Origin: Halarcobacter sp.
GTDB lineage: Bacteria > Campylobacterota > Campylobacteria > Campylobacterales > Arcobacteraceae
Assembly (NCBI GenBank): GCA_048571215.1
Contig: CP182352.1
Location: 640,001-704,000, forward strand
Length of the DNA: 64,000 nt
Direction of reading: 5' to 3'
Under the pieces are notes generated by a model. That model worked only from the letters and a program-made list of their open reading frames with translations, ran no database searches and had not been told where the DNA came from. The position numbers were made by a program, and so were the translations under genes. Of the stretch, positions 36,001-47,709 are shown in pieces. Numbering within the stretch: position 1 is the first letter of the stretch; each line of letters starts with the position of its first letter.

Positions 36001-37493
36001 ATATTTATTCTATTGAGGATTTAGCTCAATTGATTTTTGACTTAAAACAAATTAATCCAGATGCAAAAATCACAGTTAAATTGGTATCAACTATAGGTGT
36101 TGGTACAATTGCTGCTGGTGTTGCTAAAGCTTATGCAGATAGAATTGTTATCTCAGGTGCTGATGGTGGTACAGGTGCTGCTCCATTAACATCAATCAAG
36201 CATACTGGTAACCCTTGGGAAATGGGATTATCAGAAGCTCACAATGCCTTAAAAGCTAACCATTTAAGAGAATCAGTTCATGTTCAAACTGATGGTGGAT
36301 TAAAAACAGGTCTGGATGTGGTAAAGGCTGCATTACTTGGAGCTGAATCATATGCTTTTGGTACAGCTGCTTTAACTTTACTTGGATGTAAAATTTTAAG
36401 AATTTGTCACACAAATAAATGTTCTGTTGGTGTTGCTACCCAAGATGAAGATTTAAGAGCACATTTTACAGGAACAGTAGAAAGACTTATATCATATTTT
36501 AATTTTATTGCAAGTGATGTTCGAAATATTCTTGCTAAACTTGGTTATAAATCAATTGAAGAGATTGTTGGTAGAAGTGATTTATTAAAAGTTATTGATG
36601 ATGAGTTTGCTAAGAAATTTGACTTTCAAAATGTTTTAAGAAGAGTTGATGGTATTAATACTTGTCAAAAAGAAAAAAATGAGCCATTTGATAAAAATAA
36701 GTTTGAAAAAGAGTTACTTAAAAAAGTACATAAAACTATTGAAAAACCAACGGTTCCTATAAAAGTAAAAGAAAAAATCTCTAACTTAAATAGAAGTTTC
36801 GGAACACTTATTTCTGGAGAAATTGCAAAATACTATGGTGATGCAGGACTTCCTGATGGTTCAATAAACTTTTTCCTAAAAGGTATTGCAGGTCAATCAT
36901 TTGGAGCATTTTTAAGTAAAGGTATGAATCTTTATTTAGAAGGTGCAGCAAATGATTATGTTGGTAAAGGTATGAATGGTGGTAAAATCATTGTAAATAC
37001 ACTTCATCAAGGTCCAGAGTTTGCAGGTGCTGGTAATACATGTTTATATGGTGCAACTGGTGGTAAACTATTTGTTAGAGCTGCAGTTGGTGAAAGATTC
37101 GGTGTTAGAAACTCAGGTGCTACTGCTGTTGTAGAGGGTACAGGGGATAATGCTTGTGAATATATGACTGGTGGTATTGTTGTTATTTTAGGAGATACTG
37201 GGATAAATTTTGGTGCTGGTATGACAGGTGGATTATCATTTGTATATGACCCACAAAAAACCTTTGTAGATAAGATGAACCAAGAGTTAATTGAAGCTGT
37301 AAGAATCGACACAGATGATACAGAAAGAGAAAGATTATTTTTAAAAAGACTATTAATGGAATATTTAAATGAAACAGAATCTTTAAGAGCTGAAGGTGTT
37401 TTAGAAAACTTTAGAGCAGAAGTAAGAAACTTCTGGATGGTTAAACCTAAAAACATGACTGTATTACCTTTAAATCCCGATGAAGGAGACTAA
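33057..37493 (+). CDS. gltB: Glutamate synthase large subunit
   Basis: DNCGFG catalytic Cys, HQRFSTNT, AHNGEIN, SNSGEGGE, QGAKPGEGGQLPG, C..LRICHTNKC; start at 33057 chosen from the RBS (track start 33021). Confidence 0.96.
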   Translation: MGSNLDLLTSFKDNCGFGLMADLKNRPSHENLEDAITSLERMMHRGAVAADGKTGDGSGLLLSMPNKFMRKIATEQGIDLPESYAVAMIFTKDLKDIDTFEDHCENNDLKVLFTREVPVDKNALGQQALDSLPHIIQVFVSANAVMTAKRFDAMLYLTRKECEHKLIDKKDFYIPTFSSKVIAYKGLIMPTHIKHFYIDLRDEDFKISFALFHQRFSTNTLPQWKLAQPFRAIAHNGEINSVEANRFNVQIKSEQIKSEVFTDEEIKRILPILQIGSSDSASLDNMFEFLVANGVDFFKAARSLVPAPWQNAPHMDSDLRAFYEYTSTAMEAWDGPAAVSLTDGRHIGCLIDRNGLRPSKYVITKDFKMYITSEYGTLALDEDNIIERGRLQSGQMIGVDLKHGKVLKEDDINNYLKSCQNYGKWLNNDMEYLQEYIDESFLDTSDYELEELEKKQKYFNITYEVLDQMIEPMAKDGKEPVGSMGDDTPLACFSQVSRNFSDFFRQKFAQVTNPPIDPYREKIVMSLETGFGHVHNILDEKPEYAKRLKVASPILMKEKFDVLYSFGDPSSPRYDEYYKNRVFSTTFKSDLKTALDKLASYVIKAVKEDKVTVVILSDKDISRNVKSIPMAMAVGFVNEQLLKEGVRHHASILAETGEVYDPHMAAVLVGYGVTAIYPYMMYASTVALYERKGVTKYEMQRVLKNTQKAINAGLLKIMSKMGICTIASYRNSRLFDVIGLSDEIIESCFEGSHSDLAGLTYKDIEKRIEKQHFNAFFDNKHMFPLELGGFYKYTNGGEYHDYGPNTTRAMHNKHAVVKEDISDFDKLKELVETRDKKFIRDFLEFNSDRKPIDVSEVESIEDIFKRFATAAMSCGSISPEAHEAMAMAMNTIGGMSNSGEGGEDPKRFGTLKNSKIKQVASGRFGVTPGYLRSAQEIQIKVAQGAKPGEGGQLPGHKVTNLIATLRHTIPGVTLISPPPHHDIYSIEDLAQLIFDLKQINPDAKITVKLVSTIGVGTIAAGVAKAYADRIVISGADGGTGAAPLTSIKHTGNPWEMGLSEAHNALKANHLRESVHVQTDGGLKTGLDVVKAALLGAESYAFGTAALTLLGCKILRICHTNKCSVGVATQDEDLRAHFTGTVERLISYFNFIASDVRNILAKLGYKSIEEIVGRSDLLKVIDDEFAKKFDFQNVLRRVDGINTCQKEKNEPFDKNKFEKELLKKVHKTIEKPTVPIKVKEKISNLNRSFGTLISGEIAKYYGDAGLPDGSINFFLKGIAGQSFGAFLSKGMNLYLEGAANDYVGKGMNGGKIIVNTLHQGPEFAGAGNTCLYGATGGKLFVRAAVGERFGVRNSGATAVVEGTGDNACEYMTGGIVVILGDTGINFGAGMTGGLSFVYDPQKTFVDKMNQELIEAVRIDTDDTERERLFLKRLLMEYLNETESLRAEGVLENFRAEVRNFWMVKPKNMTVLPLNPDEGD

Positions 37494-37496
37494 GAG

Positions 37497-38870
37497 ATGT
37501 TAAACTTTACTAAATTTGAAAGAATCAATCCTGAAAAAAGGGATGTATTACAAAGATTAAAAGATTACAATGAAGTTTATCAAGTATTTGAAAAACAAAG
37601 AGCAAAAGAGCAATCTGATAGATGTATGCAATGTGGAGATCCATACTGTCATACGGGATGTCCATTAGGAAACTTTATCCCTGCTTGGTTAAAACAAACA
37701 GCAGAAGATAATCCTGATTTGGCTTTTGCTTTATCAAATGAAACATCTCCTTTCCCTGAAATTTTAGGAAGAATTTGTCCTCAAGATGTATTATGTGAAG
37801 GTGCATGTTCTCTTAACACTGGTCATGGAGCAGTATCTATTGGAGCTATTGAAACTTCATTGAATGAGAAAGCATTTGAAAATGGAATGAAACCTAAATT
37901 TTCTCCTATTAAAGGTGATAAAAAAGTGGCTATTATTGGTTCTGGACCATCTGGAATATCTGCTGCAACTTTTTTACTTAGACGTGGAATTGCTGTTGAA
38001 ATGTTTGAAAGAGAAGATAGAGCTGGTGGATTATTGATGTATGGAATTCCAGGGTTTAAACTTGATAAAACTACAGTTAATAGAAGAGTTAATTGGTTAT
38101 TAGAAGCAGGAATGAAACTACATCTAAATTGTGAAATAGGTAAAGATAAGTCAGTAGCTGACTTGGAAGCTGAATTTGACGCAATATATGTAGGTATTGG
38201 TGCAAAAGCAGGTAGATGGGCTCAAATTGCTGGTGAAGATGCATCAAATGTACATTTAGCTATGGAGTTTTTAACTGGCTTACAAAAAAGAAATCTAAAT
38301 CATAAAGAAGAGTATATTGATGTTAAAGATAAAAATGTAGTTGTAATTGGTGGTGGAGATACTGCTATGGACTGCGTTAGAAGTTCAGTTAGAGAGGGTG
38401 CAAAATCTGTTAAATGTCTTTATAGAAGAGATGAAGCAAATATGCCAGGAAGTAAAAAAGAGGTAGTTAACGCAAAAGAAGAGGGTGTTGAGTATCTATT
38501 TAATGTAAGTCCTAAGTCTATTATCACAAAAGATGGTATTGCAACAGGAATAGAGTTATTAGAAACTTCTATGAGTCAAGCAGATGAATCTGGTAGACAA
38601 AGAGTTGTTATAAATGAAGGAAGTGAATTTGTAGAAGAAGCAGATGTTATTATCATGGCATTAGGTTTTTCTCCTGAAGTTCCAGAATTTTTAAGTAATG
38701 CTAATATTAAAACAAATACTTGGGGTGGGATTGAAGCAAATGAAAAATATCAAACTTCAAATCCTAAGTTTTATGCAGGTGGTGACTGTAAAAGAGGTGC
38801 TCACCTAGCTGTTACAGCAGCAGCAGATGGTAGAGAAGCAGCAAAAGAGATTATCAAAGCATTAGTTTAA
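37497..38870 (+). CDS. gltD: Glutamate synthase small subunit
   Basis: RCMQCGDPYC..GCP, GRICPQ..LCEGAC, GSGPSG, GGGDTAMDC. Confidence 0.95.
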   Translation: MLNFTKFERINPEKRDVLQRLKDYNEVYQVFEKQRAKEQSDRCMQCGDPYCHTGCPLGNFIPAWLKQTAEDNPDLAFALSNETSPFPEILGRICPQDVLCEGACSLNTGHGAVSIGAIETSLNEKAFENGMKPKFSPIKGDKKVAIIGSGPSGISAATFLLRRGIAVEMFEREDRAGGLLMYGIPGFKLDKTTVNRRVNWLLEAGMKLHLNCEIGKDKSVADLEAEFDAIYVGIGAKAGRWAQIAGEDASNVHLAMEFLTGLQKRNLNHKEEYIDVKDKNVVVIGGGDTAMDCVRSSVREGAKSVKCLYRRDEANMPGSKKEVVNAKEEGVEYLFNVSPKSIITKDGIATGIELLETSMSQADESGRQRVVINEGSEFVEEADVIIMALGFSPEVPEFLSNANIKTNTWGGIEANEKYQTSNPKFYAGGDCKRGAHLAVTAAADGREAAKEIIKALV

Positions 38871-39608
38871 ATGTTTGATTATAACTCATTTAGAAATGCA
38901 GTTATAGAAGCCAACAGTGAGCTTTATGAGTATATAAATACTCATCTAAGCTCAGCTGATTTAGAAGACTCTAATACTATTAGTTACGGTGGTGACCATA
39001 GCCTAAATATAGATTTAAAAGCAGAAAATATTTTTATAAAATACTTGTCATCTTTTGGAGATATTTTTTCAGAAGAGATTGGATTAGTATCTTCAAACTC
39101 TAATATAAAAATCATAATTGATCCCCTTGATGGTAGTAATAACTTCCTATCAAATCTACCATATTTTGCAACATCAGTTGCATTAAAAATAGATAATGAG
39201 TTAAAAGCTGGGTATATTTGTAACTTAGTAAATGGGATTTTAATATTTAGAGAAAATAATTTAGAAGTTAGACAACTATCAATTTTAACAAAAAAATTTA
39301 TCCCTTTGTATCATTTGAAGTCTCCAAGTATTGCTATTTTTGAAAGGGCATATAGGTTCTTAAATATAAGTAAAAAGCTTTCTGAAAATAAAATAAAATA
39401 CCGAAGTTGTGGGGCTATAGCCTTATCTTTGGCAAATGCTAGAAATTATAAATTTGTATTATTTGCAGGTCAAATTAGAGAGTTTGATATAGCAGCTGGT
39501 ATATATATAAATGGTAACTTAAATATATACCAAAATAATAAATTTCTATTAGTTTGCAAAAACAAAGAGTATTTTGAGTTTATTAAAGAAATTATTAAAC
39601 AAGAATAG
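38871..39608 (+). CDS. Inositol monophosphatase/FBPase-like family protein
   Basis: D..AE, FSEE.G, IIDPLDGS.N, FDIAAG. Confidence 0.8.
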   Translation: MFDYNSFRNAVIEANSELYEYINTHLSSADLEDSNTISYGGDHSLNIDLKAENIFIKYLSSFGDIFSEEIGLVSSNSNIKIIIDPLDGSNNFLSNLPYFATSVALKIDNELKAGYICNLVNGILIFRENNLEVRQLSILTKKFIPLYHLKSPSIAIFERAYRFLNISKKLSENKIKYRSCGAIALSLANARNYKFVLFAGQIREFDIAAGIYINGNLNIYQNNKFLLVCKNKEYFEFIKEIIKQE

Positions 39609-39902
<294 letters not shown>

Positions 39903-39903
39903 A

Positions 39904-41376
39904 ATGGCCAAAATAACAACTATTATCGACATTGGGTCTAACTCAATGCGAATGGTTGTATTTGAAAAGAGTAGTCGTTACGCTTTTAACCTTATAAATG
40001 AAACAAAAGCGAGAGTTAAAATATCTGAAGGGTGTTATGAGAATGATGGTAACCTTCAAGAAAATGCAATGGAAAGAGCATTTAACTCTTTAGAATCTTT
40101 TTTAAATATATCCAAAGCCTTAAAATCGAGAAAAACTATGTGTGTTGCAACCTCTGCCTTAAGAGATGCACCAAATGCAAATAAGTTTTTATCAAAAGTT
40201 AAAAATGAGTTAGGTCTTAACATAAGAGTTATAGATGGACCAAAAGAAGCATACTATGGTGGTGTTGCTGCTTTGAATTTGATTTTTGGAAGTAACTTTG
40301 TAACAGTTGATATTGGTGGTGGTTCAACTGAATTTGCATTTATAAAAGATGGAAAGATTGAAGAGTGTTTATCTTTAAATATAGGAACAGTAAGACTCAA
40401 TGAACTTTTTTTTAGAAAAGGTGATATAAATGGAGCAAGAGCTTATATTTTAGAAAAATTAAATGAGGTAAAAGATTGTGGATATGAACTTCCTTCAACT
40501 GTTGTTGGTATTGGTGGGAGTATAAGAGCATTAAGTAAAATTATTATAAAACAAAATAGTTACCCTTTAGATATTTTACATGGCTTTACCTATGAATATC
40601 AAGCAAATAAATATATTTTTAAAGCAATTGTTGAAGCAAAAGATGAAAAATCCTTAAAAGACTTGGGTGTTAAAAAAGAGAGATTTGATACTATAAAAGA
40701 GGGTACTTTTATATTTAATACTATTTTAGAAGAGTTAAGTATACAAAAAGTTATAACTTCAGGTGCAGGTGTTAGGGAAGGTGTATACTTAGCAGACCTT
40801 CTTAGAAGTTCTAACTGTAAATTTCCTGGAAATTTTAATATTAGTCTTAGAAGTATGCTTGATAGGTTTCAAATCGATGCAAAACAAAGTGCCTATTTAG
40901 GTAGAAATGCAGTGGCGATATTTGATGCCTTGGAACCTTTACATAATCTTGATATTAAATACAGAAAAAAACTTGTTGATGCTTCTAAGCTTCACTCAAT
41001 TGGAACAACACTTAACTTTTATAAATCAAATGATAATACTTTTGATTTTATCTTAAATGGTTTGAACTATGATATTAAACATACAACTAGGGTTGTTGTA
41101 GCTCATATTATAAAATTCTCTAAAAAGTCTTTACCAGAACAAGAAGATTTAATGCAATATGGAAAATTACTACCTAGCTTAGAAGCTATGCAATGGTTGT
41201 CTTTTATGATATCAATTAATCTTACTATTAATCAAGATTTTTCTATGCCAAATGTAGAGTATAAAATAAAAAACAATAAACTTAAAATTTATCTTTTAAA
41301 ACCTAATTATTTAATTCAAAGTGATATAGAAAAAATTCAAACTCCAAAAGGGCTTAAGGTAAAAGTTATATGTTAG
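39904..41376 (+). CDS. ppx: Ppx/GppA exopolyphosphatase
   Basis: IDIGSNS.R, ATSALRDA.N, EA.YG, DIGGGSTE, GVREG. Confidence 0.9.
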   Translation: MAKITTIIDIGSNSMRMVVFEKSSRYAFNLINETKARVKISEGCYENDGNLQENAMERAFNSLESFLNISKALKSRKTMCVATSALRDAPNANKFLSKVKNELGLNIRVIDGPKEAYYGGVAALNLIFGSNFVTVDIGGGSTEFAFIKDGKIEECLSLNIGTVRLNELFFRKGDINGARAYILEKLNEVKDCGYELPSTVVGIGGSIRALSKIIIKQNSYPLDILHGFTYEYQANKYIFKAIVEAKDEKSLKDLGVKKERFDTIKEGTFIFNTILEELSIQKVITSGAGVREGVYLADLLRSSNCKFPGNFNISLRSMLDRFQIDAKQSAYLGRNAVAIFDALEPLHNLDIKYRKKLVDASKLHSIGTTLNFYKSNDNTFDFILNGLNYDIKHTTRVVVAHIIKFSKKSLPEQEDLMQYGKLLPSLEAMQWLSFMISINLTINQDFSMPNVEYKIKNNKLKIYLLKPNYLIQSDIEKIQTPKGLKVKVIC

Positions 41377-42278
41377 AAAAAGTTTTATATATATTGTTTT
41401 TAAGCTTTGTAAAACTAATGCAAATTTTGCCTCAAAAACTAAGAAGGGCTATATTACTTTTATTTTCAAAAATAGTATATCTTTTTGCTGCAAAAACAAA
41501 CTCTATAATAAAAGCTAATCTAAAATTTGTTTATAAAGATATTAGTGAAGATGATATAAAGAAGATTCAAAAATATTCTTATTTTAATATAACCCTTTGG
41601 ATTTTGAGTTTAATTGAAAATCCAATCATAAGTGATGATGAGTTAAAAAATAGTGTAGAGATAGAAAATTTAGAGATTTTTGAAAAATTAAAAAGTGAAA
41701 ATAAGCCAATAATACTTATCTCTGCACACTTTGGGAATATGGAGGTTCTAAGTAGCTATTTAAATAGATTTATAACTCCAATAATTCAAGTTGCAAGGGA
41801 ATCTAACTTTAAACAAATCGATAATTATATTGTAAAAAGTAGAGAAAGATTTGGAGCAAAAATTATATTTAGGGCTGGTGCTTTAAAACATCTATATAAA
41901 GCTTTAAAACGTAAAGAGGTTATTTCATTAATAATCGATCAAAGTATAAATAGTAATGAAGGTATAGAAGTTGATTTATTAGGTAAAAAATGTAACCAAA
42001 CAACATCAACTGCTGTTTTTGCTAGGAAATTTGATGCTTATATACTTCCTGTGGCAATATTTAATCAAGATGATTACAAATATAAGATTAAGTTTTATGA
42101 TTATATAAATCCTATAAATAGTGATAATTATGATGATGATATAAAACAACTCTCTCAATTGCAAGCTAATGTAATATCTGCTATAATTAATGAGGATAAA
42201 AAACAGTGGTTTTGGCCACATAAAAGATTTAAAACTCATAATAAAGAGATATATGAAAAGAATTTTAATAATAAGTGA
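41370..42278 (+). CDS. Lipid A late acyltransferase (LpxL/HtrB family)
   Basis: SAHFGNME, IIDQ, QWFW.HKRFK. Confidence 0.85.
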   Translation: MLEKVLYILFLSFVKLMQILPQKLRRAILLLFSKIVYLFAAKTNSIIKANLKFVYKDISEDDIKKIQKYSYFNITLWILSLIENPIISDDELKNSVEIENLEIFEKLKSENKPIILISAHFGNMEVLSSYLNRFITPIIQVARESNFKQIDNYIVKSRERFGAKIIFRAGALKHLYKALKRKEVISLIIDQSINSNEGIEVDLLGKKCNQTTSTAVFARKFDAYILPVAIFNQDDYKYKIKFYDYINPINSDNYDDDIKQLSQLQANVISAIINEDKKQWFWPHKRFKTHNKEIYEKNFNNK

Positions 42279-43128
42279 TGGAAAACCAGGACACTTAAAC
42301 CAATCAATCGCCTTTTGTAAAATCAAAAAGATAAGTTATGATATTTTAACTGTTGAGTATAAATCAAAGTTTTTTAAATCTTTGTCATATCTTTTTGATA
42401 AGATAGGTTTTTATACAAACTATTTGTATAAACCATATAAAAAAATTAATCATGAATTTTATGATGCTATAGTTTGTACAGGTTCAAGCACTTATTATCT
42501 AACAAAGTATTTATCAAAAGAGTATGATATAAAATCTATTGTTTTGATGTTACCAAAATCTTATAGGTATGAAGATTTTACTTATATTGTAGCCCAAGAA
42601 CATGATAATCCACCAAAATTAGATAACCTAATAAAGGTACCACTAAATATATCATTTTCAATACCAAAACATTTAATTAAAAATGAAACCAATAAAAAAG
42701 CTATAGGTATTATAGTTGGTGGGAATAATGCTATATTTACACTAAAAACTGAAGAGTTTAAAAAGCAATTAGATGGGATATTTGAAAAATATAAAAATCA
42801 TGCAAAATATATTACAACATCAAGAAGAACTCCAATACAAGTTGAAGAGTTGATTGAAAAGTATGAGTTTGATTATAAGCTTATCTATTCAAAACAACCA
42901 ACAATAAATCCAATACCTGATTTTTTAGAACTTTGTGAAGAGCTTTTTATCACAGTTGACTCAACATCAATGCTTAGTGAAGCAAGAGCAAATAGTGATG
43001 CAAAGATAAATATAATAAAACTTGAATCTAAAAAAGAGGATACAAAATACCATAAACTTGCCCAAAAAGTTGAAGCTTTAAACAGTAGAGTTAATTTTGA
43101 AAAAAAAATAATGAAAATAGAAATCTAA
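42253..43128 (+). CDS. ELM1/GtrOC1-family putative glycosyltransferase
   Basis: IISDGKPGHLNQS, QEHD, VGG, TTSRRTP, NP, TVDSTSMLSEA; start moved to MKRIL. Confidence 0.8.
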   Translation: MKRILIISDGKPGHLNQSIAFCKIKKISYDILTVEYKSKFFKSLSYLFDKIGFYTNYLYKPYKKINHEFYDAIVCTGSSTYYLTKYLSKEYDIKSIVLMLPKSYRYEDFTYIVAQEHDNPPKLDNLIKVPLNISFSIPKHLIKNETNKKAIGIIVGGNNAIFTLKTEEFKKQLDGIFEKYKNHAKYITTSRRTPIQVEELIEKYEFDYKLIYSKQPTINPIPDFLELCEELFITVDSTSMLSEARANSDAKINIIKLESKKEDTKYHKLAQKVEALNSRVNFEKKIMKIEI

Positions 43129-43140
43129 CCAAGGTAAAAA

Positions 43141-44406
43141 ATGAATAAAAAAATATGTATAATAGGCTTAGGATATGTAGGATTACCGCTAGCCCACGCC
43201 TTTGCAAAACAATATGAAGTAGTAGGTTTTGATATCTATGAACAAAGAGTAAAAGAGTTAAAAGAGGGGTTCGATAGAACATTAGAATTAAATGAAGAAC
43301 AACTTTCAGAGATAAAAGATAAAATAGTATATACAAATAAAATAGAAGATATAAAAGATTCAAATATATTTATAGTAACAGTTCCAACCCCAATAGATAA
43401 ATCAAATAGACCAGACCTAAGTCCCCTAATAAAATCATCTCAAACTATAGGGAAAGTTCTAAAAAAAGATGATATAGTAATCTATGAATCAACAGTATAC
43501 CCAGGTGTAACAGAAGAGGTGTGTGTACCTCAATTAGAAAATGAATCAAAATTAAAATTTAATGAAGACTTTTTTTGTGGATACTCTCCTGAAAGAATAA
43601 ACCCAGGTGATAAAGAACATACAGTAACAAAAATACTAAAAATAACCTCGGGATCAACTCCTAAAATAGCAGAAATAGTAGATGAACTGTACTCTTCCAT
43701 AATAACAGCAGGAACATTTAAAGCCTCAAGTATAAAAGTAGCAGAAGCAGCAAAAGTAATAGAAAATACCCAAAGAGATGTAAATATAGCCCTGATAAAT
43801 GAATTAGCCTTAATCTTTGATAATATTGGAATAGATACAAATGAAGTGATAGATGCCGCAGCAACTAAATGGAATTTTATAAAACTAAAACCAGGATTGG
43901 TTGGAGGTCATTGTATAGGTGTAGATCCATACTACCTAACTTTTAAAGCAGAAGAGTTGGGATATAAACCAAACCTAATCCTTGGTGCAAGACAAATCAA
44001 TAATGGTATGAGTAAATATATAGCAGAGAAAACAATAAAACTAATGATAAAAAAAGGTAAAATCATAAAAGACTCAAATATCTTAGTTTTAGGATTGACC
44101 TTTAAAGAGAATTGCCCAGATATAAGAAATACAAAAGTGATAGATATAATAACAGAACTAAAAGAGTATGGTGCAAATGTAGATGTGTATGAACCATGGA
44201 TAGATGAGAAAGATAAAAGCTATTATGATTGTAATTTTATAGAAAATCCACTAAAAAATAGTAAAAGATATGAAGCAATAGTAGTAGCAGTAGGACATGA
44301 TAAATTTAAAGAGATAAAAGAGGAAGAGTTTGATAAGCTAATAAATGGTGAAAGCTTAATAGTTGATGTTAAGGGGATTACACCTAATCCTACTTGGAAA
44401 TTATAA
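43141..44406 (+). CDS. UDP-N-acetylhexosamine C6 dehydrogenase (TviB/Gna/WbpO family)
   Basis: GLGYVGLP, VPTP, ESTVYPG, YSPERINPG, GGHCIGVDP, FKENCPDIRN. Confidence 0.9.
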   Translation: MNKKICIIGLGYVGLPLAHAFAKQYEVVGFDIYEQRVKELKEGFDRTLELNEEQLSEIKDKIVYTNKIEDIKDSNIFIVTVPTPIDKSNRPDLSPLIKSSQTIGKVLKKDDIVIYESTVYPGVTEEVCVPQLENESKLKFNEDFFCGYSPERINPGDKEHTVTKILKITSGSTPKIAEIVDELYSSIITAGTFKASSIKVAEAAKVIENTQRDVNIALINELALIFDNIGIDTNEVIDAAATKWNFIKLKPGLVGGHCIGVDPYYLTFKAEELGYKPNLILGARQINNGMSKYIAEKTIKLMIKKGKIIKDSNILVLGLTFKENCPDIRNTKVIDIITELKEYGANVDVYEPWIDEKDKSYYDCNFIENPLKNSKRYEAIVVAVGHDKFKEIKEEEFDKLINGESLIVDVKGITPNPTWKL

Positions 44407-44409
44407 TAT

Positions 44410-45510
44410 ATGAGGGTTGTACAACTTTTACCTGAATTAAATGAAGGTGGAGTGGAAAGAGGTGTAGTTGAGTTAAACCGTGAGTATGTAAAAAAAGGAA
44501 TTGAATCTTTTGTCATAAGCAATGGTGGAAAACTTGAAAACCAAATAGGTAAAGATGGGGGTAAACATATTAAATTTGATGTATGTTCTAAAAATATCTT
44601 TACTGTACCTTCTAGAGTTTTTAAATTAAAAAAAATATTAAAAGAGTTAAATGCTGATATTCTACATGTAAGAAGTAGAGTGCCTGCTTGGTTAGTTTAT
44701 TTTGCAAATAAAAATTTAAAAATAAAAACTGTGAGTACAGTACATGGTTTTAATTCTGTTGGTTTTTATAGTTCTATTATGACAAAAGCAGATAAAGTAA
44801 TATGTGTAAGTAATGCAATAAAAGAGTACATACAAACTAATTATAATACAAAAGAAGATAAAATAACAGTTATACCAAGAGGTGTAGATATTGAACTTTT
44901 TTGTGAAAAATCAATAGATGAAGATTTTATAAATAAGTTTAAAAAAGATTTTAATTTAGAACATAAGTTTATTGTTTCTAGTGTAGGAAGGGTTACTCAA
45001 CTAAAAGATTATGAAACTTTTATAAAAGCCATAAGTATAATAAAAAAAACTAATAATGAAGTAGTTGGACTTATTGTAGGTGGTGTTAGAAGTGATAAAC
45101 AAGAGTATTTAAACTCTTTAAAAAGTTTGATAAAAGAGTTAAGTCTAGAAAACAATATTATTTTTACTGGAAGTCAAAAGAAGATATCAGAAATATATAG
45201 TCTTAGTGATGTTATTGTAAGTAGCTCAAAAAAACCAGAAAGCTTTGGAAGAGCAGTAGCAGAAGCAATTGCTTTAAATACTCCAGTAGTAGCTACAAAT
45301 CATGGTGGGGTAAAAGATATAATAATTGAAAATAAAAATGGATTTTTCTTTAAAGTTGGTGATGAAGAAGAGTTAAGTGAAAAGATTATAAAAACAAAAG
45401 ATTTAAAATTTGATGGGTATAGTTATATCAAAGATACTTTTTCTTTGGATAATATGGTAGAAGAAACAAAAAAAGTTTATAAAAGTTTAGGAGAAAAGAA
45501 GAATAAATGA
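44410..45510 (+). CDS. Glycosyltransferase family 4
   Basis: [40 protein letters not shown]. Confidence 0.88.
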   Translation: MRVVQLLPELNEGGVERGVVELNREYVKKGIESFVISNGGKLENQIGKDGGKHIKFDVCSKNIFTVPSRVFKLKKILKELNADILHVRSRVPAWLVYFANKNLKIKTVSTVHGFNSVGFYSSIMTKADKVICVSNAIKEYIQTNYNTKEDKITVIPRGVDIELFCEKSIDEDFINKFKKDFNLEHKFIVSSVGRVTQLKDYETFIKAISIIKKTNNEVVGLIVGGVRSDKQEYLNSLKSLIKELSLENNIIFTGSQKKISEIYSLSDVIVSSSKKPESFGRAVAEAIALNTPVVATNHGGVKDIIIENKNGFFFKVGDEEELSEKIIKTKDLKFDGYSYIKDTFSLDNMVEETKKVYKSLGEKKNK

Positions 45511-46646
45511 GTAAAGTAGCCTTAATAACAGGGATAACAGGACAAGATGGAAGCTATTTAGCAGAGTTTTTGCTAAAAAAAGGATATATAGTACATGGTA
45601 TAAAAAGAAGAAGTTCTTTGTTTAATACAGATAGAATAGATCACCTTTACCAAGATCCACATGTAGAAAATAGAAATCTAATACTTCATTATGGTGATAT
45701 GACAGATTCTATGAACCTAACAAGAATTATTCAAGAGACACAACCAGATGAAATCTATAATTTAGCTGCAATGTCTCATGTAGCAGTTTCTTTTGAGACA
45801 CCAGAATATGTAGCAAACGCAGATGGAACAGGAACACTTAGAATCCTTGAAGCAGTAAAATTATTAGGACTTGCTAATAAAACAAAAATATATCAAGCAA
45901 GTACCTCTGAATTATATGGAAAAGTACAAGAAACACCTCAAAGTGAAACAACTCCTTTTTACCCAAGAAGTCCATATGCAGTTGCTAAAATGTACGCATA
46001 CTGGATAACAGTAAATTATAGAGAAGCATATGGTATGTTCGCTTGTAATGGAATCCTTTTTAACCATGAAAGCCCAGTAAGAGGTGAAACTTTTGTTACA
46101 AGAAAAATTACAAGAGCAGCTTCTAAAATAGCACTAAACCTTCAAGATAAATTATACCTTGGAAACTTAGATGCAAAAAGAGACTGGGGACATGCAAAAG
46201 ATTATGTAAAGATGATGTGGATGATTCTTCAAGCAGATGAACCAGAAGATTGGGTAATAGCAACAGGACAAACAACAACTGTAAGAGACTTCGTAAAATT
46301 CGCTTTTGCCTACGTAGGGATAAAGCTAAGATTTGAAGGAGAAGGTGTAGATGAAAAAGGTATTATTGATAGTATAGATGAAGAGAAAGTAAAATCATTA
46401 GGACTGAGCATTGAACACTTAGTACTGAATACTGTTGTCGTAGAAGTAGACTCAAGGTATTTTAGACCAACAGAAGTAGACTTGCTACTAGGAGACCCTA
46501 CAAAAGCTGAAACTAAATTAGGATGGAATAGAGAGTATAAACTGCAAGATTTAGTAAATGATATGATGGCAAGTGATTTAAAACTAATGAAAAAAGACAC
46601 TTATCTAAAAGATGGTGGATATAAAATTATGAGTTATTTTGAGTAA
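45507..46646 (+). CDS. gmd: GDP-mannose 4,6-dehydratase
   Basis: [41 protein letters not shown]. Confidence 0.96.
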   Translation: MSKVALITGITGQDGSYLAEFLLKKGYIVHGIKRRSSLFNTDRIDHLYQDPHVENRNLILHYGDMTDSMNLTRIIQETQPDEIYNLAAMSHVAVSFETPEYVANADGTGTLRILEAVKLLGLANKTKIYQASTSELYGKVQETPQSETTPFYPRSPYAVAKMYAYWITVNYREAYGMFACNGILFNHESPVRGETFVTRKITRAASKIALNLQDKLYLGNLDAKRDWGHAKDYVKMMWMILQADEPEDWVIATGQTTTVRDFVKFAFAYVGIKLRFEGEGVDEKGIIDSIDEEKVKSLGLSIEHLVLNTVVVEVDSRYFRPTEVDLLLGDPTKAETKLGWNREYKLQDLVNDMMASDLKLMKKDTYLKDGGYKIMSYFE

Positions 46647-46653
46647 AATGATT

Positions 46654-47709
46654 ATGAATAAAAATAGTAAAATATATGTAGCTGGTCATAGAGGATTAGT
46701 AGGTTCTGCAATTGTAAAAAATTTACAATCAAAGGGTTATACAAATTTAGTATATAAAACTCATAAGGAACTAGATTTAACAAATCAAAACAAAGTAGAA
46801 GAATTCTTCAAACTGGAAAAACCAGAATATGTAATACTAGCAGCTGCAAAAGTTGGTGGAATAGTAGCAAATAATACATATAGAGCAGATTTTATATATG
46901 AGAACTTAGCTATTCAAAATAATATAATCCATAATGCATATAAATATAAAGTAAAAAAATTGCTATTTTTAGGAAGTACTTGTATCTATCCAAAAGAAGC
47001 ACCGCAACCAATGAGTGAAGATTGTTTATTAACAAGTCCACTAGAATATACAAATGAACCATACGCAATAGCAAAAATAGCTGGTATAAAAATGTGTGAA
47101 TCATATAACTTGCAATATAATACAAACTTTATATCAGTAATGCCAACAAACTTATATGGACCAAATGATAACTTTGATTTGGAAAAGTCACATGTACTAC
47201 CAGCACTTATACGAAAAATATATCTTGCTAAACTTTTAAATGAAGAAAAAATAGAAGAAGTATTAAAAGATTTAAATCTATCTTCTTTGGATGAAGCCTT
47301 AGAATATCTAAATAAATTTGGTGTAAATAAAGATTCAGTTGAGATATGGGGAACAGGGAAACCAAGAAGAGAGTTCCTTTACTCAGAAGATATGGCAGAT
47401 GCATGTGTATTTCTTTTAGAAAATAGAGATTTTAAAGATACATTTGATAAAAATGAAAAAGAGATTAGAAATACTCATATAAATATAGGCACAGGTGTAG
47501 ATATATCAATAAAAGAGTTGGCAACTCTTATAAAAGAGATTATCGGATTTAAAGGTGAACTTGCATTTAATACTAATAAACCAGATGGGACTATGGTAAA
47601 ACTTACAAATCCTAATAAACTTCATAGTCTTGGGTGGAAACATAAGGTTGAGTTAAAAGATGGTATTAAATCTATGTTTGAGTGGTATTTAAAAGGAAAT
47701 AAAAGATGA
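46654..47709 (+). CDS. fcl: GDP-L-fucose synthase
   Basis: [41 protein letters not shown]; start uncertain (46648 or 46654). Confidence 0.93.
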   Translation: MNKNSKIYVAGHRGLVGSAIVKNLQSKGYTNLVYKTHKELDLTNQNKVEEFFKLEKPEYVILAAAKVGGIVANNTYRADFIYENLAIQNNIIHNAYKYKVKKLLFLGSTCIYPKEAPQPMSEDCLLTSPLEYTNEPYAIAKIAGIKMCESYNLQYNTNFISVMPTNLYGPNDNFDLEKSHVLPALIRKIYLAKLLNEEKIEEVLKDLNLSSLDEALEYLNKFGVNKDSVEIWGTGKPRREFLYSEDMADACVFLLENRDFKDTFDKNEKEIRNTHINIGTGVDISIKELATLIKEIIGFKGELAFNTNKPDGTMVKLTNPNKLHSLGWKHKVELKDGIKSMFEWYLKGNKR